Shown here piece after piece: positions 27,284-36,861 of a DNA stretch of 64,000 nt. Position numbers and translations under genes: made by a program. This stretch comes from a virus: positions 17,952-81,951 of IMG/VR virus record IMGVR_UViG_3300027779_000018. One strand, written 5' to 3'. Position 1 is the first letter of the stretch; each line of letters starts with the position of its first letter. The notes below the pieces were generated by a model. It did no database searches. It was not told the DNA's origin and saw only the letters and a list, made by a program, of their open reading frames with translations.

Positions 27284-29257
27284 TTAATTTGCGTATTGCA
27301 ATGTATGGTCTTGGTCAGTGGTAACTTGGTGGCCAATAACTGTTTGACCCCCAGTCACAATTGAAGAATTATCAGCAATTGATGAGGTATTAATGTTGTT
27401 CATATTCAATTCTTTTCTTTCTCTTGCATCTTCGGTAGCGTTTGCTAAATCATCTCCACCACTAACAGTTTCTTTCACTGCTTTCCAACCTTTGCTTAAG
27501 TTAGTTTCAACTTCAATGGAATTGTCCATTAGCGCTTGGTCAATAACTGCTTGAGAGTTCTCACCCCCTACAACGGCTTCCCCTAAGTCAGTAGCCATGT
27601 CATCACCTGCTTTACCACCTAGAAGACCACCTACAATTGCACCACCAACTCCACCAAGGAAACCACCTATTGCAGTTCCTATGCCGGGCCCGAAGAAAGA
27701 ACCAATAAATGCACCAGCTTTAGCACCAGCGGCTCCACCTGCGAGGGCCCCTGCGAACGCACCAGTAGCTTTACCAGTTGAACCCACTAAATTAGCTTCA
27801 TGAGCAGTTTCGAGTTTTTCAAATTCATCATCAGACATGTCTCTCATCTCACCATCGGCACCTTTAATTTTGAGTGTTCCTGCTTCTCTTTGTTTCTTAA
27901 GTGCTTCAAACTTAGACATTTGTTCATCTACGTCAACGGCACCTTCTACAACTGCACCGATGATCGGTAACTTTTTAACTATAGCACCTAAACCTTTTTT
28001 AAGACCACTCCACATTCCACCTGATTTAGCAACTTCTTTAACAACATCATCACCGGCTTTTAAACCTTGTCCTTGTCCTTTAAATCGTTTGTCGGGTGTG
28101 CCATCTGCTTTTAATTTGACACCTTTAGGCACTTTGTCCATCTTCGGTTTTGGTGGGAAGAGTTTAGAAAATCTATTTTGTAACCCTTTCCAACCTTTAG
28201 CAACCATGTCAGCGCCTGACTGAATAACTTTACCAGCACCCTCAATAGCCTTCTTTACTGCGGTAGCTGCACCAGTAAATGCGCCTGCCTCAAACGCAGC
28301 CAAAATCAGACCAATTGCGGCCCCAATTGCTATAATGGGTAATAAAATACCAGCAGATATCAAGAGCAATGAAGTAGTGATACCCAACAATAAGAAGCCA
28401 AGTCTTTTCGATATCTTCTCTAGTGTTCCAGTATTATCCTCTTGTTGATCTATGCCATCCTGCTGACCTTCCAATCGTTCCTCATCCATTTCTAAACTTT
28501 TATTCATGAAACCACCCAACTTTTTAATTGGGGTAGCAAGAAAACCAACCACATCCTTAGCTGCTGACCATTGTTTTGTAATTGCATCTAGGGGCGCAGC
28601 GATATCAACGAGACCACCAGTCATGGTTTTTATACCAGCAGTGAATTTATCAAACCCATCACTGTTGTTGGCCTCTTCCATCTGTTTGAGTTTCTCATCG
28701 TTTATTTCTTTGGCAGCTAACTGATATTTTTCTGATTCCTTTTCTTCAATCTCAATTCTTTTATCTACACTAGATAGAATTTGTTCTTCTGTTTTTTTTC
28801 TTTTATCTTGTAACTCTTCAATAGATTTCATCTGATTATTAAGAGCTGCCCCCTGAAGCTTCGCACTCACTTCAATTTTATCAGCAATTTTTTTATCGAG
28901 CTCACCAAGTTTATTAGTCGATTTAAGTGCAGTTTCAAGTCTGTCTGTTCTTTCTTGTTCCAAGGTCTCTCGTATTTTGAGGGAGTCCTTAACAGCTTGA
29001 TTAACTTTTATGAACTCAGAGTCGTTTTTAAATTTCTCTTGAACTTTTAGAGATTTACGAGCAGCTAGTGCAGACGCGAATGTATCAGAAGAGTTGTTAG
29101 CGATGTCAGCTGCAGCTTTAGCCACATCAACATTGATATCTTTTAAGTTATTAATAACACCTTTAAATGCAGAAGGAAGCTTGGCACTAACCTTGGTTAA
29201 TTCCTTAGTGTTCTTTAATATCTCTTTATTTTGATCTGCTACTGAGTCCTTGGCCAT
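27284..29257 (-). CDS. tape measure / gp29-like baseplate hub protein
   Basis: Long helical region, TM segment and Gly-zipper GAAAGAKAGAFIGS; lies downstream of gp26/gp51. Confidence 0.7.
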   Translation of the reverse strand: MAKDSVADQNKEILKNTKELTKVSAKLPSAFKGVINNLKDINVDVAKAAADIANNSSDTFASALAARKSLKVQEKFKNDSEFIKVNQAVKDSLKIRETLEQERTDRLETALKSTNKLGELDKKIADKIEVSAKLQGAALNNQMKSIEELQDKRKKTEEQILSSVDKRIEIEEKESEKYQLAAKEINDEKLKQMEEANNSDGFDKFTAGIKTMTGGLVDIAAPLDAITKQWSAAKDVVGFLATPIKKLGGFMNKSLEMDEERLEGQQDGIDQQEDNTGTLEKISKRLGFLLLGITTSLLLISAGILLPIIAIGAAIGLILAAFEAGAFTGAATAVKKAIEGAGKVIQSGADMVAKGWKGLQNRFSKLFPPKPKMDKVPKGVKLKADGTPDKRFKGQGQGLKAGDDVVKEVAKSGGMWSGLKKGLGAIVKKLPIIGAVVEGAVDVDEQMSKFEALKKQREAGTLKIKGADGEMRDMSDDEFEKLETAHEANLVGSTGKATGAFAGALAGGAAGAKAGAFIGSFFGPGIGTAIGGFLGGVGGAIVGGLLGGKAGDDMATDLGEAVVGGENSQAVIDQALMDNSIEVETNLSKGWKAVKETVSGGDDLANATEDARERKELNMNNINTSSIADNSSIVTGGQTVIGHQVTTDQDHTLQYAN

Positions 29258-29269
29258 TTATTTTTCTCT

Positions 29270-29653
29270 TTATTTTCCGAATGCTTTTCCAGCTTCTGAT
29301 ATACCGAATGCACCTAGTGTAACTACAACAAATGATGTGTAGATAGTTTCAGATACTTTCAAGTCCATATCAAATGCTAATGCTGTAACTAAATCTGTTA
29401 TTCCAAACACGACCATCAATGCAAATGAAGTGAATCCTATGATTGCTTTTTCATTAACATCGTTATCATCTAAGAACAACATTCCAAATGTTCTCTTAGG
29501 TGGTTCAAGTTGATTTCGTGCTTTAACAGCATCTTCCTTCATCTCCTTGATTCGATCTTCTTGGTCATCGAGTTTTTCGATAAGTGCCATGTACTTATCT
29601 AAATCTATTTCAACTTCATTGCCACCCGATTTCTTATCGTCATCGTCGCTCAT
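29270..29653 (-). CDS. two-TM membrane protein with N-terminal coiled coil
   Basis: Two C-terminal hydrophobic helices; GAGGA SD. Confidence 0.7.
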   Translation of the reverse strand: MSDDDDKKSGGNEVEIDLDKYMALIEKLDDQEDRIKEMKEDAVKARNQLEPPKRTFGMLFLDDNDVNEKAIIGFTSFALMVVFGITDLVTALAFDMDLKVSETIYTSFVVVTLGAFGISEAGKAFGK

Positions 29654-29730
29654 TTTTATTCCTCTATATTAAAAATTAAAAAATCACTTCACCGACACAT
29701 AATTAATCTATTACTATCATTTGATCGTAC

Positions 29731-29919
29731 CTACTGGTTACGAGCTTGTGTTTGTCTATCCTTTTCTTCCTCTAGCCAATTCAGCAACAGAGAAATGTAT
29801 ATCTCTCTTTCCCATGGTATCATACTTTCTAGTTCTGTTAAACTGTACTTATGATGTTGCATCAATTGAAAGTTAGTTTTATAATAGTTTACTAAACTTT
29901 CATGAGAAAGAGATATTAA
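29731..29919 (-). CDS. 51: gp51-like hub assembly protein (missed by the ORF track; first ATG at 29862, probably reached by frameshift)
   Basis: SLVNYYKTNFQLMQHHKYSLTELESMIPWEREIYISLL motif. Confidence 0.8.
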   Translation of the reverse strand, partial: LISLSHESLVNYYKTNFQLMQHHKYSLTELESMIPWEREIYISLLLNWLEEEKDRQTQARNQ

Positions 29920-30620
29920 AAAAAATCTGATAGACCTCTAAGTGTTGAGGTATTTTTAGTACCACAAACATTACAGTCAAATTCCACCACCTCTTCAATG
30001 GTAGGAATTTGTTCGAAGAAGTCATTCAACTTCTCCATCTGATCTATTGTTAAACTCTCAATGAATTCAACAAGTTCTGCATCCTGAATTTCATCAGCTG
30101 TATATACAGTTTCTTCATCATATATACTTTCAATTCCGTATTTTAACAACTCAACAATTCTATCACTTGTCTCTTTCGAGTCAACCATTGCTAATTGTTT
30201 GGTTGATGGATAACGAAGAGTGACACCTAGTGTATCGGATAGTGCAATTGTTGGGTCAACAACTTGGTCAGAGAATTTAACTTTAACTTCTGATAAATCA
30301 ACTTCAACTTCTCCTGAACCTACACATCCTGTTTTATTACAGTACAATGCTACCTTAGTTGTTTCTCCTATCGACTTTGCTCTAATTTGTAAAAACAAAT
30401 ATTCCAAGTCAAAGATAGGTAGTTTATCCGAATCAACCTTTCCATCTGTAACAGCTGTAACTAAACTTTTAACTGCACCAAGAGTTTCCATGTTGTCTTG
30501 ACTTTCTTTTGCAAGTAGCAAGTACTTTTGTTCTTTCACTAGAAAAGGTCGAAACTCAACTTCCCTTCCCCCGCTTAATTGACACTTAAACTTAGGTGCC
30601 TTTTGGATTGGTAATCCCAT
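29916..30620 (-). CDS. 26: gp26-like baseplate hub subunit/chaperone
   Basis: MGLP, FRPFLVKEQK.LL.A.E, FDLEYLFLQIRAKSIGE, CxxC, GLSDFF. Confidence 0.88.
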   Translation of the reverse strand: MGLPIQKAPKFKCQLSGGREVEFRPFLVKEQKYLLLAKESQDNMETLGAVKSLVTAVTDGKVDSDKLPIFDLEYLFLQIRAKSIGETTKVALYCNKTGCVGSGEVEVDLSEVKVKFSDQVVDPTIALSDTLGVTLRYPSTKQLAMVDSKETSDRIVELLKYGIESIYDEETVYTADEIQDAELVEFIESLTIDQMEKLNDFFEQIPTIEEVVEFDCNVCGTKNTSTLRGLSDFF

Positions 30621-30639
30621 AATTTACTCCATATTGTAA

Positions 30640-31434
30640 TTAACCACCACCACCGAATAAATTATTAATCTGTGTGGTTCTCGTATCTAGATTTGATAAA
30701 GTCTTGTTAAATTTTCCACCTTTACCAAATCGGTCTAATATTTTTCCACCCTCTAATAGTGAATCTAATATTACTCGTCCTTTATTTAGTGCAGACCGTT
30801 CAGGTGCAGCCACATATTCTGACTCCCAATTCCTAAACGCAATCGTACATGTAAATTTCATTATTTCGTCACTAGTTCCCCGATTCAACTCTTGAGGTTC
30901 AAACTTAATAGGGTATGCTTCATATAGATTAACCTTTAAGGCCTTCTTCCCATCCAGTCTATGTTGAATGATCTCAACTTTGCCAATGTAATCATCGTAC
31001 CATGACATACTTGGATTAAGTACACTACCAGTTTCATCATTTGTAGTACCTATAACATTTCCCTCTACATCTTTTTTCATAGTGGATGGTGCAGAACTGA
31101 ATACTATTTGTTGCCATGCTTCAATGATTAATCTATCTGCAAAGTGTTGGTCACATATAAAGGTAAAATCCATTGAACCACCTGAACCATCTATTGTACC
31201 AGTTGGCATTTGTCTTACTTGACCATACTCAGAAAATGATTTAACTTCAAGTTCTCTGCCTGGCAATTGACATGATTCTAATCTTACACCCATTAATTTT
31301 GATTCGGTCAACACATCATTGGAAAAACTGTTTGGTAGAAAGAAGTTTGCATCGAAACGGTTCGGCCTTGCACCCGAATCAAAATTATATTTTAGTTCGT
31401 CTATACTGGTGCCTTTTCTTGTAAAAATTGACAT
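30640..31434 (-). CDS. 54: gp54/gp19-like tail tube initiator
   Basis: GARPNRF, LPGR, YDDYIG, LYEAYP motifs. Confidence 0.7.
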   Translation of the reverse strand: MSIFTRKGTSIDELKYNFDSGARPNRFDANFFLPNSFSNDVLTESKLMGVRLESCQLPGRELEVKSFSEYGQVRQMPTGTIDGSGGSMDFTFICDQHFADRLIIEAWQQIVFSSAPSTMKKDVEGNVIGTTNDETGSVLNPSMSWYDDYIGKVEIIQHRLDGKKALKVNLYEAYPIKFEPQELNRGTSDEIMKFTCTIAFRNWESEYVAAPERSALNKGRVILDSLLEGGKILDRFGKGGKFNKTLSNLDTRTTQINNLFGGGG

Positions 31435-32000
31435 TAAAATTGTTTCCTAGATTCGGCATACACCGTGTTTGCATTAGTTCCTTTAAAATTTGAGGTTGGT
31501 AACATTGCAGCTACATCCCAATAATCTAAAGATATTTTCATTGGTTTTCTTATGATATGACTGTAGAGATATTTCTTAATACAGGGTTTTGCAAAACTTA
31601 ATCTACTTACCTTCTGTATGTAATGATATTCTGCAAACACACCCTCATCCTTATTCTTTATCTTATATAATTCTTCTAACAACAAAGTTCTATGTCTTGG
31701 AGCAATGTAGTGTAAGTTCAACCCATAGAAACTATCTATAGGACTAATGTCAAATGGAATTACTAGTGGAAATCTATCCCAGTATGGTAATTTCTTTTTT
31801 GTTTTTGCATCATAGAACATCATGTACATGTTACCTTCTATGAGTTGAGAGGTCTTAGTACCCTCTTGATATAGGCTATCCCTTATCATGGGTTTATAGA
31901 TATTTCTAATTTGTGTTCTAAACCATTCTAAAGATTCTTGAGAATGCACCCTGATTTCAGCGGGTTTTAGTTTTGTTAGGTTTTCGAATAAATCTGCCAT
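31434..32000 (-). CDS. 2: gp2 DNA end protector
   Basis: YDAKTKKKLPYWDRFPL, GLNLHY, CIKKYL..H. Confidence 0.88.
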   Translation of the reverse strand: MADLFENLTKLKPAEIRVHSQESLEWFRTQIRNIYKPMIRDSLYQEGTKTSQLIEGNMYMMFYDAKTKKKLPYWDRFPLVIPFDISPIDSFYGLNLHYIAPRHRTLLLEELYKIKNKDEGVFAEYHYIQKVSRLSFAKPCIKKYLYSHIIRKPMKISLDYWDVAAMLPTSNFKGTNANTVYAESRKQF

Positions 32001-32014
32001 ACTACTATTTATAC

Positions 32015-32446
32015 TCAGGTGAGGTGATCTTCCGTCAATATCCTGAAAACAAATTTACGATTTTTACAATATTCTTCTGCAGCCTTGAACTTTGCTTGGT
32101 TAACAGCATAAGTTGCTACCTCATTTAGGTATCTCTTGGTTTTTCTTTGGGGTGTTTTGGGGGGTTTACATTGTCTTTTAGGTTTTACTTCAATGATTTC
32201 ATGGACTGATTTACCCATAGTGTCTACTTTCTTGATATAGAAGTCAGGAAAGTAACGATGTGTTCGGTTATCTATGGGAGATATGTACGGTATTACGACT
32301 TCTTCACTGTTCCATTCAACAATACTGGGGTTCTTATCACAATATAACATGAATCTTCTCTCCCACAGAGATCGATAGAAGACCTTTGTGGGGTCTCCTT
32401 TGTATTTTTTATAATTCTTTGGTGTAAACCTACCTTTATAAGACAT
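32015..32446 (-). CDS. 4: gp4 head completion nuclease
   Basis: KY.GDP...YRS.WE..FM..CD.NP...W.SEE, HRYFPDF, IEVKP, NQAK. Confidence 0.92.
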   Translation of the reverse strand: MSYKGRFTPKNYKKYKGDPTKVFYRSLWERRFMLYCDKNPSIVEWNSEEVVIPYISPIDNRTHRYFPDFYIKKVDTMGKSVHEIIEVKPKRQCKPPKTPQRKTKRYLNEVATYAVNQAKFKAAEEYCKNRKFVFRILTEDHLT

Positions 32447-32490
32447 AAATAATAAAAACTCTAATAACTTCTTTCAGGTATTTATAATCC

Positions 32491-33606
32491 ATGGGAACAA
32501 TCAGTAAAATTCTAGGTAAGATCAACAAGGCAAAGTCTGCAATCAATTCGTTGAAAGGCATCGGTGCTAAACTTGAAAGTCTCAACTACACAAGTCAAGT
32601 TGACAAACTTGGAGAACAAGCAGAATATGCACAACAGATTCTAAAAGATCGTAGAGCTTCCTTGGCGGCATCCATGGATTCTGCAAACAAAAGAAGGGAC
32701 TTAGCAAAAGCCAGTCCTAAATCAGTGCAAGAAGAGTTGATATATCCAGTTAATGATTTATTACCTAACTATATTGTTTTTACTACTAGACCTAGAAAAA
32801 AAAGAGTTGGTGTAAATAATCTTTTAGCTGACTCATCTACTGAGATTATGTTATATGTTCCCGATGGAATTACCAGTGATTCAACAGTATCATTCCAGTC
32901 ACAGGGTGTTAGTAAAAGGGGCAAAAATATAATGCGTGCCATTGATGGAATGCAGTCAGCCACTACTATAGGACAGAAGTTTGATAAAGGAAAGGATGTT
33001 GTGCTGGGGGTGGTGGAAGATCAGCTGGTTACCATGGGTAATGCCCTAACAGATAATGTGAGTAATATCAGAGCTGGTAGAGCAGTCAACCCTATGAAAG
33101 AACAAATGTTAGATGGAGTCGATTTTAGAAGTTTTGATTTTGATTATGAGTTCTGGCCAAAGAACGAAATGGAAGCAATTATGGTCAATAAAATTATATG
33201 GACATTTAGAACTGCAATGTTACCTGATACTTTTGGTGCTACAACTGATGGTGAGATTGAAAACTACTATAACTACCCTAACATATTTGATGTAGAATTT
33301 GAAGGAGAGTTAGCAGGAAAAATAGATGGGTTCTTACCTATGGTTTGTACTGGATGTTCAGTTGACCATTTTAATGGTAATAAAGTTTCCACATTTGCAA
33401 ATGGTCAACCAGTATCTACATCAATGAAATTAAGTTTCTCAGAAATTAAAGTTCTTTCTCAAGAATCATATCAACAGATTTCTCCATTAGGGAACAAAAA
33501 TATCGGTTCGGACAGAACTAGTCTAATCAACGAAACTCAGACAGAAACGGATATTACAAGGTCGGCCGGTATAAAACCCCCCACGCAAACAGGAACAGGT
33601 GGATAA
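32491..33606 (+). CDS. 48: gp48 baseplate tail-tube cap
   Basis: NP..EQM..GV.FR.F.F...F.PKN..EA; L.FSE; synteny. Confidence 0.8.
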   Translation: MGTISKILGKINKAKSAINSLKGIGAKLESLNYTSQVDKLGEQAEYAQQILKDRRASLAASMDSANKRRDLAKASPKSVQEELIYPVNDLLPNYIVFTTRPRKKRVGVNNLLADSSTEIMLYVPDGITSDSTVSFQSQGVSKRGKNIMRAIDGMQSATTIGQKFDKGKDVVLGVVEDQLVTMGNALTDNVSNIRAGRAVNPMKEQMLDGVDFRSFDFDYEFWPKNEMEAIMVNKIIWTFRTAMLPDTFGATTDGEIENYYNYPNIFDVEFEGELAGKIDGFLPMVCTGCSVDHFNGNKVSTFANGQPVSTSMKLSFSEIKVLSQESYQQISPLGNKNIGSDRTSLINETQTETDITRSAGIKPPTQTGTGG

Positions 33607-33608
33607 CC

Positions 33609-34328
33609 ATGGCAAACGAATTATTTAAAAACTTCCCACAATTACAGTACACTCTTAACACTGGTAAGATTGTTACTATTAAGGATTTCTTCCGTAAAGT
33701 ACAGGTTGAAAAGTCTGCGCAAGATAGTCTAATTGATTATGAAAAATATGAAATATTAGATGGAGAACGACCCGATGTAGTTGCAGCTAAACTTTATGGT
33801 AATGGTGATTTACATTGGACTATTTTTCTAGTCAATGAGTTTACAAACTATTATGATTGGCATATGGATTTTCAAACCTTTCAAACATATATAACTGCAA
33901 AATTTCCTGGCCAAAGTCTAACTGCCTTAAACACCACTGATATAGTTTCGTCCTCAAGTAAGTTTTTAATTGGTGAGGAATGTACATCTAACCTAGGAAA
34001 TACTGGAAGTGTAACACAAGTAGAACCAACATATAGTAGAATCAGTATAGAAGGTGCAGATACCTTTGCAGCTGGAGAGACGGTTACAGGTAGTAGAAGT
34101 GGTAAATCATTTGTAATACAATCTGTTACTGAACATAGAGACTCAGCTCATCATTATAAAGATGCAGACGGTAACCGAAGGAATAACGGTGGTACTGGGT
34201 GGACTGCAGTATCTAACTTCATCGAAGAGTCAGAAGACAATGAAAGGAAAAGGAATATTAAAATTATTAGACCCAATAAAATCAAAACTGTTGTAGCAGA
34301 ATTTGAACGACTGATGGCAAATGAGTAA
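33609..34328 (+). CDS. 53: gp53 baseplate wedge subunit
   Basis: DGERPDVVA.KLYG...LHW.I...N; NE.KR.IK. Confidence 0.88.
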   Translation: MANELFKNFPQLQYTLNTGKIVTIKDFFRKVQVEKSAQDSLIDYEKYEILDGERPDVVAAKLYGNGDLHWTIFLVNEFTNYYDWHMDFQTFQTYITAKFPGQSLTALNTTDIVSSSSKFLIGEECTSNLGNTGSVTQVEPTYSRISIEGADTFAAGETVTGSRSGKSFVIQSVTEHRDSAHHYKDADGNRRNNGGTGWTAVSNFIEESEDNERKRNIKIIRPNKIKTVVAEFERLMANE

Positions 34329-35796
34329 TTATAAAGCAGGTGAATTTCAAACTGAAGCAATCCACATAGTCAATCAAGAGGGTGATACCTTAGACATTAG
34401 TGGAAGTGTTGCAAACTTTCGTCTGTATGAAAGTATTCATAAAAAGTTTGTTACAGGAGATGTTTCGATAATTGACGGTTTGAACCTATTAAAGAACTTT
34501 AGGTTTACTGGTCAGGAATTCATCCGTATATCAATTCGTCAAAAAGAAGGTGCTGGAGATGACGGAGCTAATGAGTTTGCTATTAATAAGGACTCCATTA
34601 ATAAGACATTTAGAATCTTCAAGGCTACATCTGTAGAACGAATTAAAGATGCAGTACAAACATACCAACTCAAAATTTGTGATCCTTCCTTGTTTTCTGC
34701 AAGACGAACACGACTTAGTAAAGTCCTCACAGGTTCTTACAGTGATATGTTAGGTGAAGTGATGTTAAATCATTGTCATGTTAAAAAAGAAGAGATTGAT
34801 AATTGGGAAGCTAGTGTTCCACCTAACCAACAGTTTATTGTACCTAACTGGAACATCTCTAAGTTTATTGATTATGTCTGTATGAATGCAAACATCGGGC
34901 CAACAGCATCATACAGGAATGGGATGTTTTTCTACCAAACACTAAATGGTGGATTTAGATTTAGATCAGTTGACACGATGTTTGGGGAAGAGTTCCCAAT
35001 ATCTTTTTCATACTTACCATTGTCATCAGAAAGTACAGAAAATATTCATATCAATGCACCTGGCGGATTAAACTCTCAGATTCAAGGAATTACTCGCCCT
35101 CAAATGTTTGATTCACTTAAGGGAACAATGGGTGGTGCATATGCTTCAAGTGCAAAGGTGTACGATCCAATTAGAAAACTCGAAGAAGATATCAACTACG
35201 ATATGGAAGAAACCTTTGCACGAAGTAAATTGCATGTCTCAGGATATCCTATGACAAGAACAAGTAAGATGTTGCAGAATAACCAAGAAAGAATGTTATC
35301 TACTAACAATATGCAAGATAAAAATGTGAGTCCTACAGTTAATGAAATAGGTGTTGATCTTCCCCCAAACAAATCAAACACAGCTGTAGTTGTTTATGAT
35401 TACACTACTAACCACGATTTTGATGATAGTAAAGACATCTCAACCAATTCACCTTTTAGTGGAACTACCTTTAAGACCAATGGACTTCTAGAGAGACGAG
35501 CATTACTTGAAATATTTCAACAACATAGAATTACAGTAACCATACCATTAAGAACAGATTTATCAGTAGGCACTGTCATAGATTTAAATATACCTGAACC
35601 TGAACTATATGATGACTCTAGTTCCCCGAAGGATAAAATTAATGACCATAGATATCTAATTATTAATTTATGTGTTAATGCAAACCCAATTCAAAGATCG
35701 GGTACTTTAGATTTGGAGTGTGTTAAAGAAAGTTATGCGAAAGATATATCAAAGGCAACTCCACTAGCTGATGCAAGTCGTGGGGAAGAAGTATAA
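34321..35796 (+). CDS. gp27-like baseplate hub protein
   Basis: YESI...F.TG...I.D, G.E; lies between gp53 and gp5. Confidence 0.65.
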   Translation: MSNYKAGEFQTEAIHIVNQEGDTLDISGSVANFRLYESIHKKFVTGDVSIIDGLNLLKNFRFTGQEFIRISIRQKEGAGDDGANEFAINKDSINKTFRIFKATSVERIKDAVQTYQLKICDPSLFSARRTRLSKVLTGSYSDMLGEVMLNHCHVKKEEIDNWEASVPPNQQFIVPNWNISKFIDYVCMNANIGPTASYRNGMFFYQTLNGGFRFRSVDTMFGEEFPISFSYLPLSSESTENIHINAPGGLNSQIQGITRPQMFDSLKGTMGGAYASSAKVYDPIRKLEEDINYDMEETFARSKLHVSGYPMTRTSKMLQNNQERMLSTNNMQDKNVSPTVNEIGVDLPPNKSNTAVVVYDYTTNHDFDDSKDISTNSPFSGTTFKTNGLLERRALLEIFQQHRITVTIPLRTDLSVGTVIDLNIPEPELYDDSSSPKDKINDHRYLIINLCVNANPIQRSGTLDLECVKESYAKDISKATPLADASRGEEV

Positions 35797-35797
35797 C

Positions 35798-36859
35798 ATG
35801 AAAACATATTACGGAATAGTTGAAGATAGACAAGACCCACTTAAGATAGGTAGGGTTCGTGTTCGTGTGCATGGTATTCATACTGATAAGAAAGATGAAA
35901 TTGCAACACCCGACCTTCCATGGGCCCAAGTGATTCTTCCTACTACCTCTGCAGGGTTGTCAGGATTTGGAACACAACACGGACTTGTGGAAGGGTCTAC
36001 GGTGTTGTTATTTTTCAGAGATGGTGATCTATGTCAACAACCAGTTATTATGGGTTCAGCTGCAGGAATACCTCAAGCTGGTTATAGGGAGACTGCAACG
36101 GATGAAATGTTGACTCGTCAAGTAGATCGAGGATTTAATGATCCTAGACAACTTACAGTAGCAGATTACAATGACACCCCCGATGGCCCGAACCCCGATC
36201 ATTTTCCACAAAGGGGACATGGTCTAACTTCTTCACTGAAAGAAGCACCTAAAATTTATGAATCTAGAGGTATTAGTTACATAGGGAAGGGGTCTTCAAT
36301 TGAAGAACCTACACTTACCGAAAAACAGTTACCCTACTATCCTCTATACACGGATAAGTCAGATTTATCTGCACTCGCTGATACTACGGATGAAACAGGT
36401 CTTCATGCAGGAAGAGATATACCTAAAGACCTTCTTCCTAGTAAAAAGGAAATAAAATCTCCTGCTAAACCAGTCTACCCATACAACAAAGTTATACAGT
36501 CAGAGTCAGGTCATGTTATAGAGATGGATGATACACTAGGTGCTGAACGACTTGCAATAGAACATAGGTCAGGAACTTTTCAGGAGATTCATCCTGATGG
36601 CTCTATGGTGACTAGAGTTGTAAATGATAACTATACTATTATTTGTAGGAACGAAGAAGTACTCATTGGTGGAAAGGTTAACATTAAAGTTCTAGGTGAT
36701 GCGAAGGTTGAGGTCATCGGTGGACTTGAACTTAAATCTTTTAGTGATGCTAAGATTGATATTGTGGGTAAACTCGACATTGAAGCTGGTGGAAATATAA
36801 CCTTAAAATCTGGCAAAGGTGTAATAGTAAAAGCACCTAAATTTAGACCGAACTCTTAA
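35798..36859 (+). CDS. 5: gp5 baseplate spike (OB-fold plus beta-helix, no lysozyme domain)
   Basis: GIVEDRQDPLKIGRVRVR.HG, LPWA, YPYNKV..SESGHV.E.DDT.G.ER...HRSGTF.EIHPDG. Confidence 0.92.
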   Translation: MKTYYGIVEDRQDPLKIGRVRVRVHGIHTDKKDEIATPDLPWAQVILPTTSAGLSGFGTQHGLVEGSTVLLFFRDGDLCQQPVIMGSAAGIPQAGYRETATDEMLTRQVDRGFNDPRQLTVADYNDTPDGPNPDHFPQRGHGLTSSLKEAPKIYESRGISYIGKGSSIEEPTLTEKQLPYYPLYTDKSDLSALADTTDETGLHAGRDIPKDLLPSKKEIKSPAKPVYPYNKVIQSESGHVIEMDDTLGAERLAIEHRSGTFQEIHPDGSMVTRVVNDNYTIICRNEEVLIGGKVNIKVLGDAKVEVIGGLELKSFSDAKIDIVGKLDIEAGGNITLKSGKGVIVKAPKFRPNS

Positions 36860-36861
36860 TT

